Shown here piece by piece: positions 38,071-51,838 of a stretch of 64,000 bases of DNA (position 1 is its first letter; every line of letters begins with the position of its first letter). Made by a program: the position numbers and the translations under genes. The stretch is from Camelus dromedarius (taxonomy: Eukaryota), in NCBI RefSeq assembly GCF_036321535.1, contig NC_087437.1, positions 107,262,001 through 107,326,000 on the forward strand, read 5' to 3'. The notes below the pieces were generated by a model. That model did not search any database, was not told where the DNA came from, and saw nothing but the letters and a program-made list of their open reading frames with translations.

Positions 38071-41000
38071 GAAATATTGATTAAAAAATTGATAATCTAA
38101 CAACCCTATTCTTAATTTAAAAGTAAGAGAGATGGTGCAGCTTATTAAATAAATAAAAAGCCTATATCTATAACTGATAGATATGGAAAATTTATTAAGC
38201 TTATAATTATATTAAAAGAGCCACTATCTCGAAAACTACAACTTAGTGAAACTGACACTTTCATTTCCAAGAAGGAAAATTAAATGCAAATTGTTCTATG
38301 TTATATTAAAATATATATATTTTACTACATTGAATTCACAATTGGAACTTTCCATTAAGAAAACTCAAAGTCCAAATAATGCTGAATTCTTCCCAAAATT
38401 TAGGGAAGCAAAATCATCATCACTACAAAAACTTTTGGGACTAGAAATGTTCCAATATTTCCTCAGACTTTTTAATAGCAAGTATAAGTTGGTGCCAAAA
38501 CAAGGCATGAACGTTTTATGACAGGAAATTTGTAGGCAAATATCTTTAAAGAACATAGACAAAAAATCTGAAATGAAATACCAGCAAAATTAGTCCAGTA
38601 ATGCATAAAGTAATATTTGTTGCAGTAATGTAAGAGTGACATAACATTTGTAAATTAATCATTATTACTTACTGCATTAATAAAATAAAGGAGAAAAACG
38701 TAGGATCATCTGATTAGATGTAGAAAAACATTGATAAAGTTGACATATACTTCTTTTAAAAAATCTATTGGCAAACTGTTATTAGAAGGAATTTCATTAA
38801 ACTGATCAGGGGCACTGTATCAGTTGGTTATTGCAGACTAAAAGTCATCTTAAAACTCCATGACCAATACATATATATATATTATTATATATATACTGCT
38901 TGATTCTGTTGGTTGGCTGATTTAGGGTGGTTTACAAGTTAATGAATAGAAAATGAAATAGTTAAATAATATCCTCTATAATAGCATCAAATGTGGCAAA
39001 TAAATACCTGGGAATAAATCATATGAAGGATATGGAAAACCTCTACACTGAGAATTCCAAAACAAACATTACTAAAGGAAAGGAAAAAGAACAAATAAAG
39101 GCAATCATGTACTATGGTTATGGATTGGAAGACTCATTGTTTAAAGATATTAGCTATATCCTCCCCAAATGGTACCTATATATAGTACAATACCAATCAA
39201 AATCTCTGCAGCTGTGTATGTATGTGTGTGTGTCGGTTAAAAATGATTGTGGAAATTCAAAGAGTAAAGAGTAGCAAAATCAATCCTAAAGGAGAATGAA
39301 CACGAGGATTTAAACTACCAGATATTAATGCTTTATTATAAAGTTACAGTAAAATTGTGTGACATTGACACAACCAGATAAATAGTCCAGAAAGACTCCA
39401 GAAAGAATCTGGAATGATACTTGCATGTAAAAAAAATTCACACCATTTATGACAAAAGTGTCATTGAGATGTAGGGAAGAAAGGTTCATAGTTTCAGAAT
39501 ATGATGCTGCATAAATTGGATATCTCCATGGGAAAAAAAAAAGTAAGCCTTTACATTTTTGGTAGATGATGTTGGCTCAGTTGGATATTCAAGTGGAAGA
39601 AAAATTGAATTAAACTTTTTCTCACATCTTACACCAGATTTAAAAATTAATTCCAGGTAGATTGAAGATACCAAATACATTGAAAATCTAAATGTGGAAG
39701 GCAAATTAATGAAGCTTCTCTCCAAAATTGGAGACTATTTTCATGGCTTCAACATGGATGAGTTGCTTCATAAATTTGACTATGAGAAGTCAGTGTATAT
39801 ATGACACTTTATGGTCCCATTTATACAGAGTTCCAAAAAAATAAAAATAAAACCAACCAATGATGCTAAAAGTCACAATTGTGGTTACCCTGGTGGTCTA
39901 ATTACTGTGAACTTGTACCAGGGGCCTTCTGGACTGCTGATTATGTTTATAATACCATTTATAATAGTATCAAACTGGATCAGATACCTATGAATAAATC
40001 AAAGAAAAGATGTGAAAAACTTCTATTCAGAGATAATAGAAAAATTATTGAGAGAAATGAAAACAATGAATAAATGGATGACATGATATTTTCTTGAGCT
40101 AAAAGACTCATTATAGTAAATAAGTCCACTATATTCTCAAAATAATAAATGCTAAACAACCACAATGAAGGAATGTTTTGTTATATTTCTATATCAACTT
40201 ATATATGTCATGCTTCAATAAAAATGTTAGCACAAAAAAAGGAAATACAAAATGAATCATAATTACCTAAAAAATGGAAAAAAAAGAAAGAAAAGGAAGT
40301 ATGTTGTAGCTGCAGTGTGTTCTTGTTTTTTCACATTTAGGAGATGAGGATGTATGACTGTCTAGATATGGTGCTAATACATTCCATTCCCTGTGTCAAA
40401 CTTCTCACCTTCTCAAATTGCATAAGTGCAGACATTTTGGACCTTTATACCTGTGACATTCTGGGAAATGGCCTTACCATTCCTCAGTAATATTTTACAA
40501 GTGAACTTGATGTGGAAAGGATCACTGGTCTGAAATACAGTTGTTCAACGGTAGAACCTTTGGCAGGCTTCTCGGTGACACATGTGTGTATAAATTTTCT
40601 GAGGCTCATTACAATGCACTTCTCTATCTCATGAGATGCAGCATAAAAGAAAGTTGAATTAATCTGTGACAGAGCAGTAGCATACAGCAGGTCCATGTGT
40701 AAAGAATTCATGAATATGAAATTATTTAAACAAAATAAAAGACATTCTATTTATATAATAATTTAATAATTTAATAGTATCCTGCACAGTATTTTCTGGA
40801 ATTATTGAAAAGAAGATTTGTGAATCTTTAAAAATAAATTAATTTAGCTTCTATCTGACACAGAATTGCTTTGAACTATGGTTTTCTAAGTGCTCTTTTA
40901 ACACCTCTAGGGATGTGACATTTGTTATTTTATAGGGCATTTTATTAAATTTTTATAGACTTCTATCATGCTAATCTAAAATCTGTTTTTCTGTAATTTA

Positions 41001-41221
41001 TATTTATCATTTTCATTTGTTCCCTGGGGTGCCACAGGGAATAAAAGTTTAACTTCAGGCAAAGTCACATATATTTCTGGATTGTTTATAATGTTTTTTT
41101 GTTCTCCTAGATAAAATTAGATTGGAAAATAATTGAGTATATTATGAACTAGGCAATATATTGTGTTCAATAAATATTTCTGAAACATGTATTTTGATTT
41201 TTCATACACAAATTGTTAATT

Positions 41222-42044
41222 AATCAAAACTACAATGAGGTATCACTTCATATCAGTCAGAATGGACATCATTAAAAAGTCCACAAATGATGAATGCTGG
41301 AGAGGGTGTGGAGAAAAAGGAACCCTCCTACACTGTTGGTGGGAATGAAGTTTAGTGCAGCCATTATGGAAAACCAGCATGGAGATGCCTTAAAAACTGA
41401 AAATAGACTTACCATATGATCCAACAATCCTACTCCTGGGCAAATATTCAGAGGGGACTCTAATTTGAAAAGATACATGTACTTCAGTGTTCAGAGCAGC
41501 ACTATTTACAATAGCCAAGACATAGAAACAACCTGAATTTCCATCAACAGATGACTGGATAAAGAAGTTTTGGTATATATACACAATAGAATACTACTCA
41601 GCTATAAAAAAGAATAAAATAATGCCATTTACAGCAACATGGATGGACCTGAAGAGCATCATTCTAAATGAAGTAAGCCAGAAATAGAAAGAAAAATGCC
41701 ATATGATATTACTTATATGTGAAATCTTAAAAAATGAAACAAATGAACTTATTTATGGAACAGAAACAGACTCACAGACATAGAAAACAAACTTCTGGTT
41801 ATTAAAGGGGAAAGGGGGTGGGAAGGGATAAATTGGAGTTTGATATTTGCAGATACTAACTACTATATATAAAATAGATAAACAACAAGTTTATACTGTA
41901 TAGCACAGGGAACTATATTCAATATCTTGTAAACTATAATGAAAACATGAAAAGGAATATATATATGTATATGTATGACTGAAACATTATGTGTACACCA
42001 GAGATTGATACAATACTGTAAACTGACTATATTTCAATAAAAAA
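41222..42044 (+). mobile_element. 5'-truncated LINE-1 (same subfamily as 1785-2363)
   Basis: ORF2 end, 3'UTR and caataaaaaaaa; 12-bp TSD aaattgttaatt / aaattgctaatt (41210-41221, 42045-42056). Confidence 0.93.
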
Positions 42045-42069
42045 AAATTGCTAATTGATTTCTACTTTA

Positions 42070-43290
42070 GACCTTCTTTAAGCTTGTCTTCTCCACCCAG
42101 AAATATGACATCACTATCAAGTTGGTTACTAAGCCAGAAATTCCTGAATCCTCTTTCTCTACATCTGGGCCATCAGTAAATACCATAGACTGCACTTAAA
42201 TGGTCGGCCTGACTCCACTTTTGATCCCTATAGACTGTTCTTCACACGGAGCCAGTCATCATTCTAAATTATAAAATCATGATATTTTGTAGTAGGCAGC
42301 CTGCTAAGATAGCTCACAATGATCTCCATCTCCTGACAGTCATACCATTGTGCAATTTCCATTGTGCAATGGAAAGCTGGATGGACATATTGGCACCTAG
42401 TGAATAGAATATGGCCAAAGTAACAAGATGTCACTTCTGAGCTTAGGTTACAAAAGACTGCGACTTCTATCTTGTTTACTCCCTCTCTCTGGCTCTTCTC
42501 AATTACACCTTCTAATAAAGCAAGCTGCCATGCTGTGATTGCCTTATGGAGAGGCCCATGGGGAAAAAAAAGCAAGGGTGGCCTCCAGCCAACAGCCAGT
42601 AAGGAACTGAGGTCCTGAGTTCAATAGCCTACATGAAACCGAATCCTGCCAACAATCACAGAAGTGAGCTTGGAAATGGATCCTTCGCCATCAAGCCTTG
42701 AGATGCTTGTATTCCCAGCCAACACTTTGATTGCAGCCTCATGAGAGACCCTGAGCCAGAGATTCCAGGTAAACTATGCCTGGACTCCTGAGCGATAGAA
42801 ATTGTGTGATGATCAACATTGTTGTTTGAACTCTTCAATTTTGGGATATTTGTTAGATAGAAACAGATAACTACTGTGTACTTCTTTGCCTAAAACACAT
42901 CAGTCATTTTCAATACAAAAACCCCTATGGCTAACAAAGCAATGGACAGCTCACTGCCTACTTCTCTGTTCTCCCTTTGGGCTTCTCTGCTGTTGATGGA
43001 ACTCCAGACAGACTGAGTTTTAGCTTTTGGAGCAAGTGAAGCTCTTGTCTACTGGAGGTTTTTGTTCATGCTGATCTCTCAGCTGGCATGCTCTCATGTC
43101 TGCTCTTCTCATGGCTGGCCTCTGGTCATCCTTTTAACTTCCTTGAACCTCTATCTAATAAAGCTCTCCCCTAACCCCTTATTAGATATCTTAGCCCTCG
43201 GTTATATTCAGAGCACTTGTCTAAATTCATGTAATTTCAGTTATTGGGCTGTTACTTTTTGAAAACTCTGTCTCTCCTACTGGCCTGGTT
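42070..43290 (+). mobile_element. L2 fragments flanking an MLT1 insertion
   Basis: ccatcagtaaataccatagact, cttcacacggagccagtcatcattctaaat and gaactccagacagactgag resemble the L2 3' region; highly diverged. Confidence 0.5.
42288..42877 (+). mobile_element. MLT1F-like MaLR LTR
   Basis: tgtagtaggcagcctgctaagatagctc...ggagaggcccatgg...ccagccaacagccagtaaggaactgagg...gcctcatgagagaccctgagccaga. Confidence 0.85.
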
Positions 43291-45051
43291 ATGCCAGGAT
43301 TCTGACTTGGAACCCAGGGATCCCCACTCTACCCCTCTGCCAACCACATTGAACTGTCCTGGTTTGTAACATTCTATAAGTTAATGCTTTGTTATCAAAA
43401 TTTCCTTGTAATTTTAGAAGATTCAATCTGAATTTTTAAAAAGTTCAATTTTTATTTAGAGTAAAGAGAATTAAGGAGTTACAACAAAGACCAAGTCAAA
43501 ATCAATGTTGGCTGCTAGCCCTTTAATTCTCATCATCGAACCTTAGTTCTGCCCATATGCTATTCTAGGTATAGTTTTATTTTTTCCTTCAATTTTACAC
43601 TGTGAGAAAACAATTTAGGAATTATTATTTTTTAATATGGAATGTATATTACAATGAAAATTTAAATATTCTTCAGAAGATCAAATTGGATTCTTGGCTG
43701 ATAAAGGAACACAGCATATTTTTCTCCTTCAGCAGCCATTGTGTCCAACCTGAAGGACACTTGAAATTATTTAAAATATATTGGTATGAGCTATTTTATT
43801 TCAATGTATTCATAGTTACATATTAGAATGAGAATCATCTGGGATGAATGGCTATTGAGAAAAAAAGATCAGAGAGGGGTCATATTTTAGGAGTATCTTA
43901 CTACCTTTTCTGTAATAGCTGCAAAGTCTCCACAGACTGAGTAAATGTCATCCCCAAAACATTAGACACTGAGTCTAGAAGGATTTAATATAGGCACTCA
44001 AAGAAATCCTCAAAGATAGTTCCATGCAATGGTCCTCATTTCAATGAAACTATTTCACGGCATTCAAGATGGGAAAGTCTGTTAGTTTTTACCATATTGG
44101 GTACGTAAAAGCCCAGTTCCACTTTCAATATGATTTATTAACATGATTCAAACTATAAAATGAATTCATTCTCAGTTGGTCAGTTTTATTTGTCCGATTT
44201 ATTGAATGGGTCTGCAAACTACAAAAAAGGACAATCAGTCCTTTTTTTCCCTTTGAAAATATCCAAGCTTGCCTTTCTTTTTCCTTCTGCTGCTTGCCTC
44301 AGGGACATTTCATGCTTAAAAGCCTTGGATTGATTTCTGTGTCCATTGGTGCTTCCATTTGCCATCTGTTAGTTGAAGTATTTGTATATTTAGAAACACA
44401 GGAAAGATGGAACATGAGAAATTGAGGAAGTTTGAAGAGATAAGACAGAGCAACTATCAAACTTTTGTCTGAACCATTACTGATTCATAATATGTGAAGA
44501 GTGGCAATAAAATATGAGATTTCAAGATTATTGAATTTCTTGGTATAAAAGCACTGAAGCAAAGGACAAAATAGGGTTTTGATAACATTGATTACAAGAA
44601 TGTATAAAGAATGTTAATACACACTGGAATTTTTGAAAGTAGAGAATTAGAAAACACAACTTTACTCATAATCTTCAAAACTTGTAACTTGTCAAAGATG
44701 TTATTATTGGCCGAGGGAAAATGTAGACGTTAAACTCAAATGGAAAAAAAATTGTAATCTTTTGTAGCATCTTGATCAATTTATTGCTGCCTTGAGATCA
44801 AAGGAAGCTCTTTAATGATGTACAAAAACTCACATATGCTAAGGAAAGGCGAATAAGGTTAACTTGGTGAAAATGTTGTGATTTAATTGTGGAAATGCTT
44901 TTGTAATTTGTAAATCATGTACATTAATTCTTTTGAAAAGAGGGTTGAAAACAAGCATCTTAAAATAATGTGAAAATATCTTTTCTCAAAGTGAATAACT
45001 TGTAGAATATTTTGTTCCATAAATGGCTCTCTGAACTTCTAACACATGCAA

Positions 45052-45052
<1 letters not shown>

Positions 45053-45119
<67 letters not shown>
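45053..45119. repeat. Long perfect (CA)n microsatellite
   Basis: About 33 uninterrupted AC units. Confidence 0.97.
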
Positions 45120-45120
<1 letters not shown>

Positions 45121-46227
45121 TTGAACAACCAATGAAAACATTACTCATTTGTTTATGCGTCTGGATTTCTTGGCTTTCTCCCTCCCTCCTCCTCTCACTG
45201 CTTCATATGTTTTGCCTTATTTTCTGCACTTCCCCTTGGGTTCTCCTGTGACTCCGTGCACTGCCTTATGGTGGAGCCTGGCCAGTGTCAACCCTTGTTC
45301 CCGTGATGTTTACCACCTCAATGAAATCAGGCTGCAACTGGAATGTGCTCCCAAGATTTCTCTCCCCACAGCCGTCGCTGCTCCCATAAAGAATGTATTT
45401 GCCTAATATGTCAACATCTGGAAAATCTGTGGCAGTTGCAGCTTGTGGTCCACAAAGCCCTGACATCAGCAAAGGCATGAGGCAATGAAGAGGAAGGAAC
45501 TTAGGACATCAAAAACAATACACCCGACCCACCCTGTGTCCCCTACAGGCATTGAGGGAAGATTTTCCTTTTCTTAAAGATTACTCTTCATGAGAGAAGG
45601 ATCATAACAGAAGTACAGGGGTTTAGCGCCATCGGGACCTTAGAGATCAAATGACTAATATGACCAATACCCCAGTTTAGAGGTGAGGACCCAGCTAACA
45701 AGAACAAAAATCCCCAAGCTTGATGACTTTTAATTACCTGGATTTATTATATAGATACAGTTTAAAACTTGAATTATATTATTGTTTTATTAAACCACTA
45801 TCCTTACAACCCGGAAAAATTATATGCGGTGTGTGTATGTGTGTGTGTGTGTGTTTACCCATAAATATTTTTGATGGTACCTATTTTGAAAACTTTTTTA
45901 ATCTACTTATACAACAGGATCAGGATTGTTTCATTTTTTTTTTGTAGAGCTGACTCTATATAATAATAAACAAGTTAATTCTTTTAATAAAATTCACATG
46001 TACCTACATAAAACTGTAAAAGTCATGCTATAACTGGTAGTTGACATCAATTAATGTTGTATAGTTACCTTGTGATATATTTATGGATTTCGGTTTTATC
46101 CTTCTCTTAAATATTTTTAAGTCAATAAATATCCCCGACTTCAGTCTCAAACATTCTTACATGTCCTTGGAAAACTAGGGAGGCTCAAGAAATGTGATTA
46201 TACTGCCTAGTAAATAAAATAGTCATG

Positions 46228-46392
46228 AGATGATGTGTAGGTAAGAGAGTTGAACCAGGAAAAAGAATTGGGTTCATGTTTTGCCACTAACTAGATGTAT
46301 CACCTTTGGCAAGTTGCTTTTCCTATCTGGACCTCATTTGAAAAATTATGGGATTAGACCAGTCATCTTTATGTTCGTTCCAGCTCTAGGAT
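46228..46392 (+). mobile_element. MIR/MIR3 SINE
   Basis: tgggttcatgttttgccactaactagatgtatcacctttggcaagttg...ggattagaccag...ttccagctctagga. Confidence 0.65.
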
Positions 46393-47059
46393 ACCCAGAG
46401 ACTGTTATGAAAACAAGGAATCAAAATTTCAATTAAGAAAAGGAGGTGAAACATCAGTCAAGCAATAAATGCTGTTTGGGTTGGAGTAGCGTTCAAAATT
46501 TACAAGTAATATTCACTCCTGAAATAAAAGTATTTTATACTTCTCTCAAAAATAATCTCCATAGGGGTCAGTGGTGGAAAGAAATTTATTTTATTAGTCT
46601 CATTTTTTTTTCATGAACATGCATACTTGGTCAATTTACATTAGACAGACTATTGAATCCAAATAAACATTAGGATCCTATAGTTTCAACTCTCCATCTT
46701 TTTTTGGTTTGTGAGTTTCAAGGCCCAGATAAAAAACTTTAGAAACTCTCTAAAGAATAGCTAACTTTCATTGCATTTCTGATATTTTTCTAAGCTGATT
46801 GATAAATATCTCTATTGGTTAAAATAATTTGAAAGGTATACCTTTTTTTCTTTTTTGAGAACTTGAGGTGGTCATATCATTATTGTTAAGGTGAATTCCT
46901 AAATTTGTGTCATGTCCTTTAAGACTCTGCATGCCTTGTTCCAGCTCTGCCCTTCCAGGCCTCTCCCCTCGCTCTAACTACACCTGCCTCTCCTAATGCA
47001 GGCGACACTCCATGTTACACTCTGTCGCAGGGCCTTAATATATGTATGTATATATACTT

Positions 47060-48535
47060 TTAATCTAGTTATTTTTTGAAGTCAAAATAAAAATGTGCCT
47101 AGTGTCAGAAGTCAAATTGTTCTCTGCGGTTTATAACCAAATTAAGTTCTGAATGTTACGAGAGAAAAAGTGTCTTTCCTGCAAACTTGATTCCCCAGAG
47201 ATGGCCGCTTTCCAACCCTTCAGCTATTTCTTCTCATACTGTCCTCCATATTTCTGCATAACATGCTTTTGCTGCTATTCCCTGAGTTTTCATTAAGGTA
47301 ATATTACTGACATCCTAATTTGAAAAACAGCTCTCACAAACCCACTCTGTCATCCAAACACATACACATTTACCCCCACCCTTCATCCTACCACAATTAT
47401 ATCATGATTTAAAAAGTCCAAAATTATCCATCATAATGTACGCATATACAAAGGGGATTTTCAGCTGAGTCATGGTTCTATTTTTTTCTTTATTGTATTT
47501 TCTTTAATTTTCTGGATGTTTTATTTGTCTAGTTTTGCATGTGACTGCCAGTAATTTATTCTCAAATTCTTCTACTAGAAGTCTAAATCTCCAGATAATA
47601 TGTTAAAAATACCAAGAGTCTTTTTCTTTTTCCCCAAAACTTTTCATTTAAAGAGCAGTCTCCTGGAGCCTACTGTCTTCCTGCTCCAAATTGATGGCCT
47701 GCCCTTGGGTCCATTGGACAGTTGTCACCTGAGGTTTGCCTATACAAATTCCTAGAGTTTCCTTACTCTTTTATTTCTCCACTGGATCCTCTGCCTCTTA
47801 GATTCTAAGTGTTTCTCTTCAAAGTTTCTCTCCTTAACTAGTGGAATGCCTACTCTTAGATTCGTAAAAACTGTGCATAGGGAAGGGAGTTAATTAGTTT
47901 TTTGAAATCTTGTTTTTCCAAAATTGTCTTTGTTGTACTGTTCTTTACTGAGAGTTAAGTTGGCTAGATAACTTTAGATTAGAAGTAATTTTTTCTTAAA
48001 ATGTTATCTTCAACTCTTCCTTCCAAATGTTTATTTCTGCTATCAGATTTTTAATTTCCAAAACTATTTATTGTCGTTGCTACCTGTTTCCATCATTTTT
48101 AGAGCCTCCTCTTCTTATCCTAAGGATCTTTCTGTAGAATTCAACCACAATGTTTTTCCTTGAAAGTTCTTTTCTGCTCCATGCATCATTTCTGTTTCTT
48201 AATAATTTTAAACTATTTAAGGCTGAGAGTGCCACAATATGATTGGAAACTGTGCCCATGGGAGGATTTCCCTATAGGAAAATCTAGATTGCTGTTTCAC
48301 TAAATGATGGGTTTCTCCAGAGAGAAGTCTTCTCATTTGCTCTCTACAAGTTAAAATCCTAGTTGCTTGTTTGGGGAGCTGTTTGTAAAGAGACCTAGTA
48401 TGGTCTTGCCTTTCAATGTGCAGCTTTTCATTTTTTCTAATGGTTCTCCATATGTTACCCTACCTTCTACTATGACTAGTGTCCATGAGTCTAAAATTTC
48501 TCCAGTTTTCTATCATATAAATATCTAATTTTTGA
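47060..48535 (-). mobile_element. HAL1-like (half-L1) ancient element
   Basis: ttccccagagatggccgctttccaacccttcagctatttcttc...cctccatatttctgcataacatgctt matches the HAL1 antisense consensus as I remember it; colinear with 55490-55790. Confidence 0.6.
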
Positions 48536-48562
48536 CAGAGTTGGGCAATGTCAAATGGTTAG

Positions 48563-48930
48563 AACCAAAGGGTAGAATGATGGTTGCCAGGGGCTGGTGG
48601 GTGGTGGAAATGGGGAAACGTTGGTCAAAGGGTGCAAGCTTTCAGTTAAGATATGTCCTGGGACTCCAGTGTACAGCATGGTAACTATGGTTAATAATAC
48701 TATATTGCACTTTTGAAATTTGCTAAAAGAGTAGATCTTAAGTGTTCTTACCACACACATGCAAAAATGTGACTCTGTGAGGTGGTGAATGTGTTAATTA
48801 ACTTGATTACGCCTGTAATTTCACAATGTATATTGTACTTAATAGTCACATTGTATATTCTAAAGATATACAATTTTATATGTAAATTATGCCTCAGTAA
48901 AGCTGGGAAAAAACTTAAAAATAAAACAAA
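48563..48930 (+). mobile_element. L1MA-type 3'UTR fragment
   Basis: agaatgatggttgccaggggctgg...gtacagcatggtaactatggttaataatact...aatttgctaaaagagtagatcttaagtgttct...cctcagtaaagctgggaaaaaa. Confidence 0.85.
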
Positions 48931-51256
48931 AAGTTTATTGCTCACTCATACTGAATCATCAGTGAGGTTACCATTCTCACTCAGAGTCCCTGATACCACT
49001 GTCTGGAGCATTGCCGATCGTGGTGGGAAAAAAGCAAATTCCTGCTGGATCTTTTACGAGTCCCTTTCACCCATTTACCTTAGCCACAACTTGTTATTTG
49101 ACCCCTTTTAACTTCATGGTGACAGGCAAATGATCCCCTTCCTCCCACCTAGAAACAGATGTAAACCTGACATTAGTGACCACTTGGGCTGATGGATTCC
49201 TCCTAATCAGAGCTTAGAACAGACTACCATATACAAGACAGACACCTCTGGTGTCTCCTGGCCTCAAAATCCAATCCAGGGCTTCCCAAACACTATCCTC
49301 AAACAATGTACTATGTGTGCCTGTTGTTATCAGACAGAAATCACACTGAAAAGGGGATTTTGAAAAAAGGAGTCCCAGTCCTCTTGTCTGGGGTGAACAG
49401 GAGACACAGGAGCAGCAGGAGGTAATGGAGACTGTCATCTGTAGACAATCTGAGCACACTCAGGAAAGTTAAGTAACTTGTCTAGGTTCAAACAGCAAAC
49501 ACAAACCAATCCTTTATGGGACCAATGTCCTGTGTTTCTGAGTTCAATATAATTTTCTTCATCATGGTGTGTCTCAGATTTTATAAAATTACAATTTGTA
49601 CCCAAACTTTTTGAGAACTTGTCCTGATATTTATACCATTCTTCAAACCACATATCTTTGGCTTGAATGTATTTACTTAAAAAGGAAAACTGTGCATAGG
49701 AGAATAAAAGTGAAAATTTAGGAAGGATCATGGAACTAGACAGAAAAAGCTGTCCCCAGAATTAAAAGGTAGAATCTAGGAATACCAGAGTAGGACAGAG
49801 AGCCATGTCCCTGCATGTCCCTGGTCCCAAGGGACTGACAAAATCGGCAAGTAGGACTCAAGATTGAATAGGTGAAGAGCAGACAGACATGGGGTTCTCA
49901 CAATCCTGCAAGAAAGGAGAGAGCTTGAAGAATGAGAAGGAAAGTCAGGGATGAAAATGGAAATGGGTGATTGAAACTCTGGCCCATTTATGGGCCTGTG
50001 TGTGAGAGAGAGTCAGAGTCTGAGGAAGGAGCCCTGCTGTTGAAAGAATAGATCCCTGTTGTTTTTAGGAAACGGAGCCAAAAAGTGGATGCTCAGGTGA
50101 AAGATAAAGGATGGCTTTGGGACCGAGGTGGGGCAATGGAGCTGTGGAAACCAAGGATGCTGACATGGACTGGAGAGAAAAAGCCATTTGAAGGGATCGC
50201 GAGCTGTGAGACCCCACTGAAGCAGGTATCTCTGATTTTCTGAGATAGGGCTTTGAATGGACATTTTCTCTTAGAACTGAGCAAAGGAAATTGGCATGGA
50301 TACCATGTTTCCTCTTTTATTTTTTTCTTAGTGCTTCATGGTTCTCTTCCAAATCCACTCCAGGCAAAGCAAGAAATAGTATAGAGGGAATGTCTTTTGA
50401 TATACATTAATTTAATAATGTGCTTCCTGATACTAAGGGAAATATCTTTAACATTTTTGTGGCTGCAATAAATACATGGGGGAAAGTATCAAGGAGGTTC
50501 TAAATTGCCCACATTCTTTTCACTGTCGCTTTTAGATTTTGCTTCAAAATTAAAATGATGAAAATAATCAAGAGCTTAATCAGCAGAGTGTAAATATGAC
50601 GAACAGTCAATTGATTTGATGCAAAATATTTACAGAGTTTTTCCAATGTGGAAATGATAAAGAACCCTTTTGCATTTTAAACTAGAGAACCCTGTTATGG
50701 ATATCATTGCTTTTTCTTGGGTAGGGAGGATAAGAAGGTCTTTTTTTTTTTTTTAAAGGAATAAAGATTGAAATTAGTTCTAAAATCTGTAGTAATAGAG
50801 TTTACACATTTGCTTAGCTTTATGAAGTTTGCAAATATCTAGACCTTGGGACCTAATGCGTTAAGACATCTTGTTTTACCCTGAAAGGCACCTCTTTTGT
50901 TAGAAATCTTGCCCTTTCAACAAAGGAAAATCACTGGCTGGTAATCTAATCTTTGAAAAAAAACTTGGGTTTTCTGGCAACAAAAAAGAGAAAAGCAGTA
51001 TTGGAAAAAAAAGTATACTGGAAACTAAAAGCTTGAGAGGAAGGGGAAAGAACTCCTTGAAAATAATTACTACTCAGGCTGTTTCGTCTGTTAAAATGCT
51101 TGGTACTGGATGAAGGAGCTTGCGTATTGTGGCGTCCTGTCGCCAGCTCCAACTTGGGACCAGTCCAGAGTTCGCTAGTGGGGGGAAGCAACTCACAAAA
51201 GATAATTTTTCTCTTTAAGCGTATTCTTTTTTTTTTTTTTTTACTGATGAAAGAAT

Positions 51257-51838
51257 TGAAGTAGAAATAATAAAATGGTCCCACTTCAGCTAACAGATTG
51301 CTTATTCTTATGCTTGCCCTTAAAACGGTCAACTAACCTGACTGGCTGGTTACTACTCACAGCTCCAGGCCCACTGTTAAAACTAAAGCTATTGATCTTA
51401 CTGTAATCGAAAGTTATAAGCATGATTGGTCTCTGAGTCATTCTCCAGGGAGAAGGTCACAGGACTGTAACTTTACATGATAGCCTGAATTACCAAGAAG
51501 TCCATGCCTTGGGTGCTTATAAGGTAAAGAGATTTAAAGAGTGACAACCACTCACCTCTGTGTAGACTTGGTCACCTGGAGACACCATGACGCCACTCTG
51601 AGTCTTATGAGAAGAAAATAATTCTGTTGATTGTTATGGATGCTTTATTGTTTGAACTATGGCTATGTAACCTCTCTGCTCCATCCCTAAGAAGGGTTCA
51701 CAGTGTTGAAGGCACCAGCCTGCTGTGAGTCCTTTTTTCCTGACAAAGCAATAAAGCTGTCTCTTTTCTTCCAAGCTCCAAGACCCGGTCCCTGAGTTAT
51801 TTGGCTCGTCAGGGACAGGGGCAGATCTTTCAGCAACA
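51257..51838 (+). mobile_element. ERV1-type solo LTR (582 bp)
   Basis: TG...CAACA termini, exact 4-bp TSD gaat (51253-51256, 51839-51842), AATAAA at 51750-51755 followed by a U5-like segment. Confidence 0.78.

Larger units (their letters stand above)
35040..40230 (+). mobile_element. Ancient fragmented LINE-1 (L1M) hosting several later insertions
   Basis: A-rich sense ORF2 motifs in order: ttttcaagcataaatggaatgtttaccaaaatagg, tcatctgattagatgtagaaaaacattgataaa, aaatacctgggaataaat, aaactaccagatattaatgctttattataaag. 3'UTR-like end at cttcaataaaaatgtt. Confidence 0.75.

Noticed and set aside
51079..51125. Plus-strand peptide LKCLVLDEGA resembling DEAD-box motif II
   Set aside because: The motif is DEGA, not DEAD/DEAH, and the flanking residues show no helicase similarity; likely coincidence.
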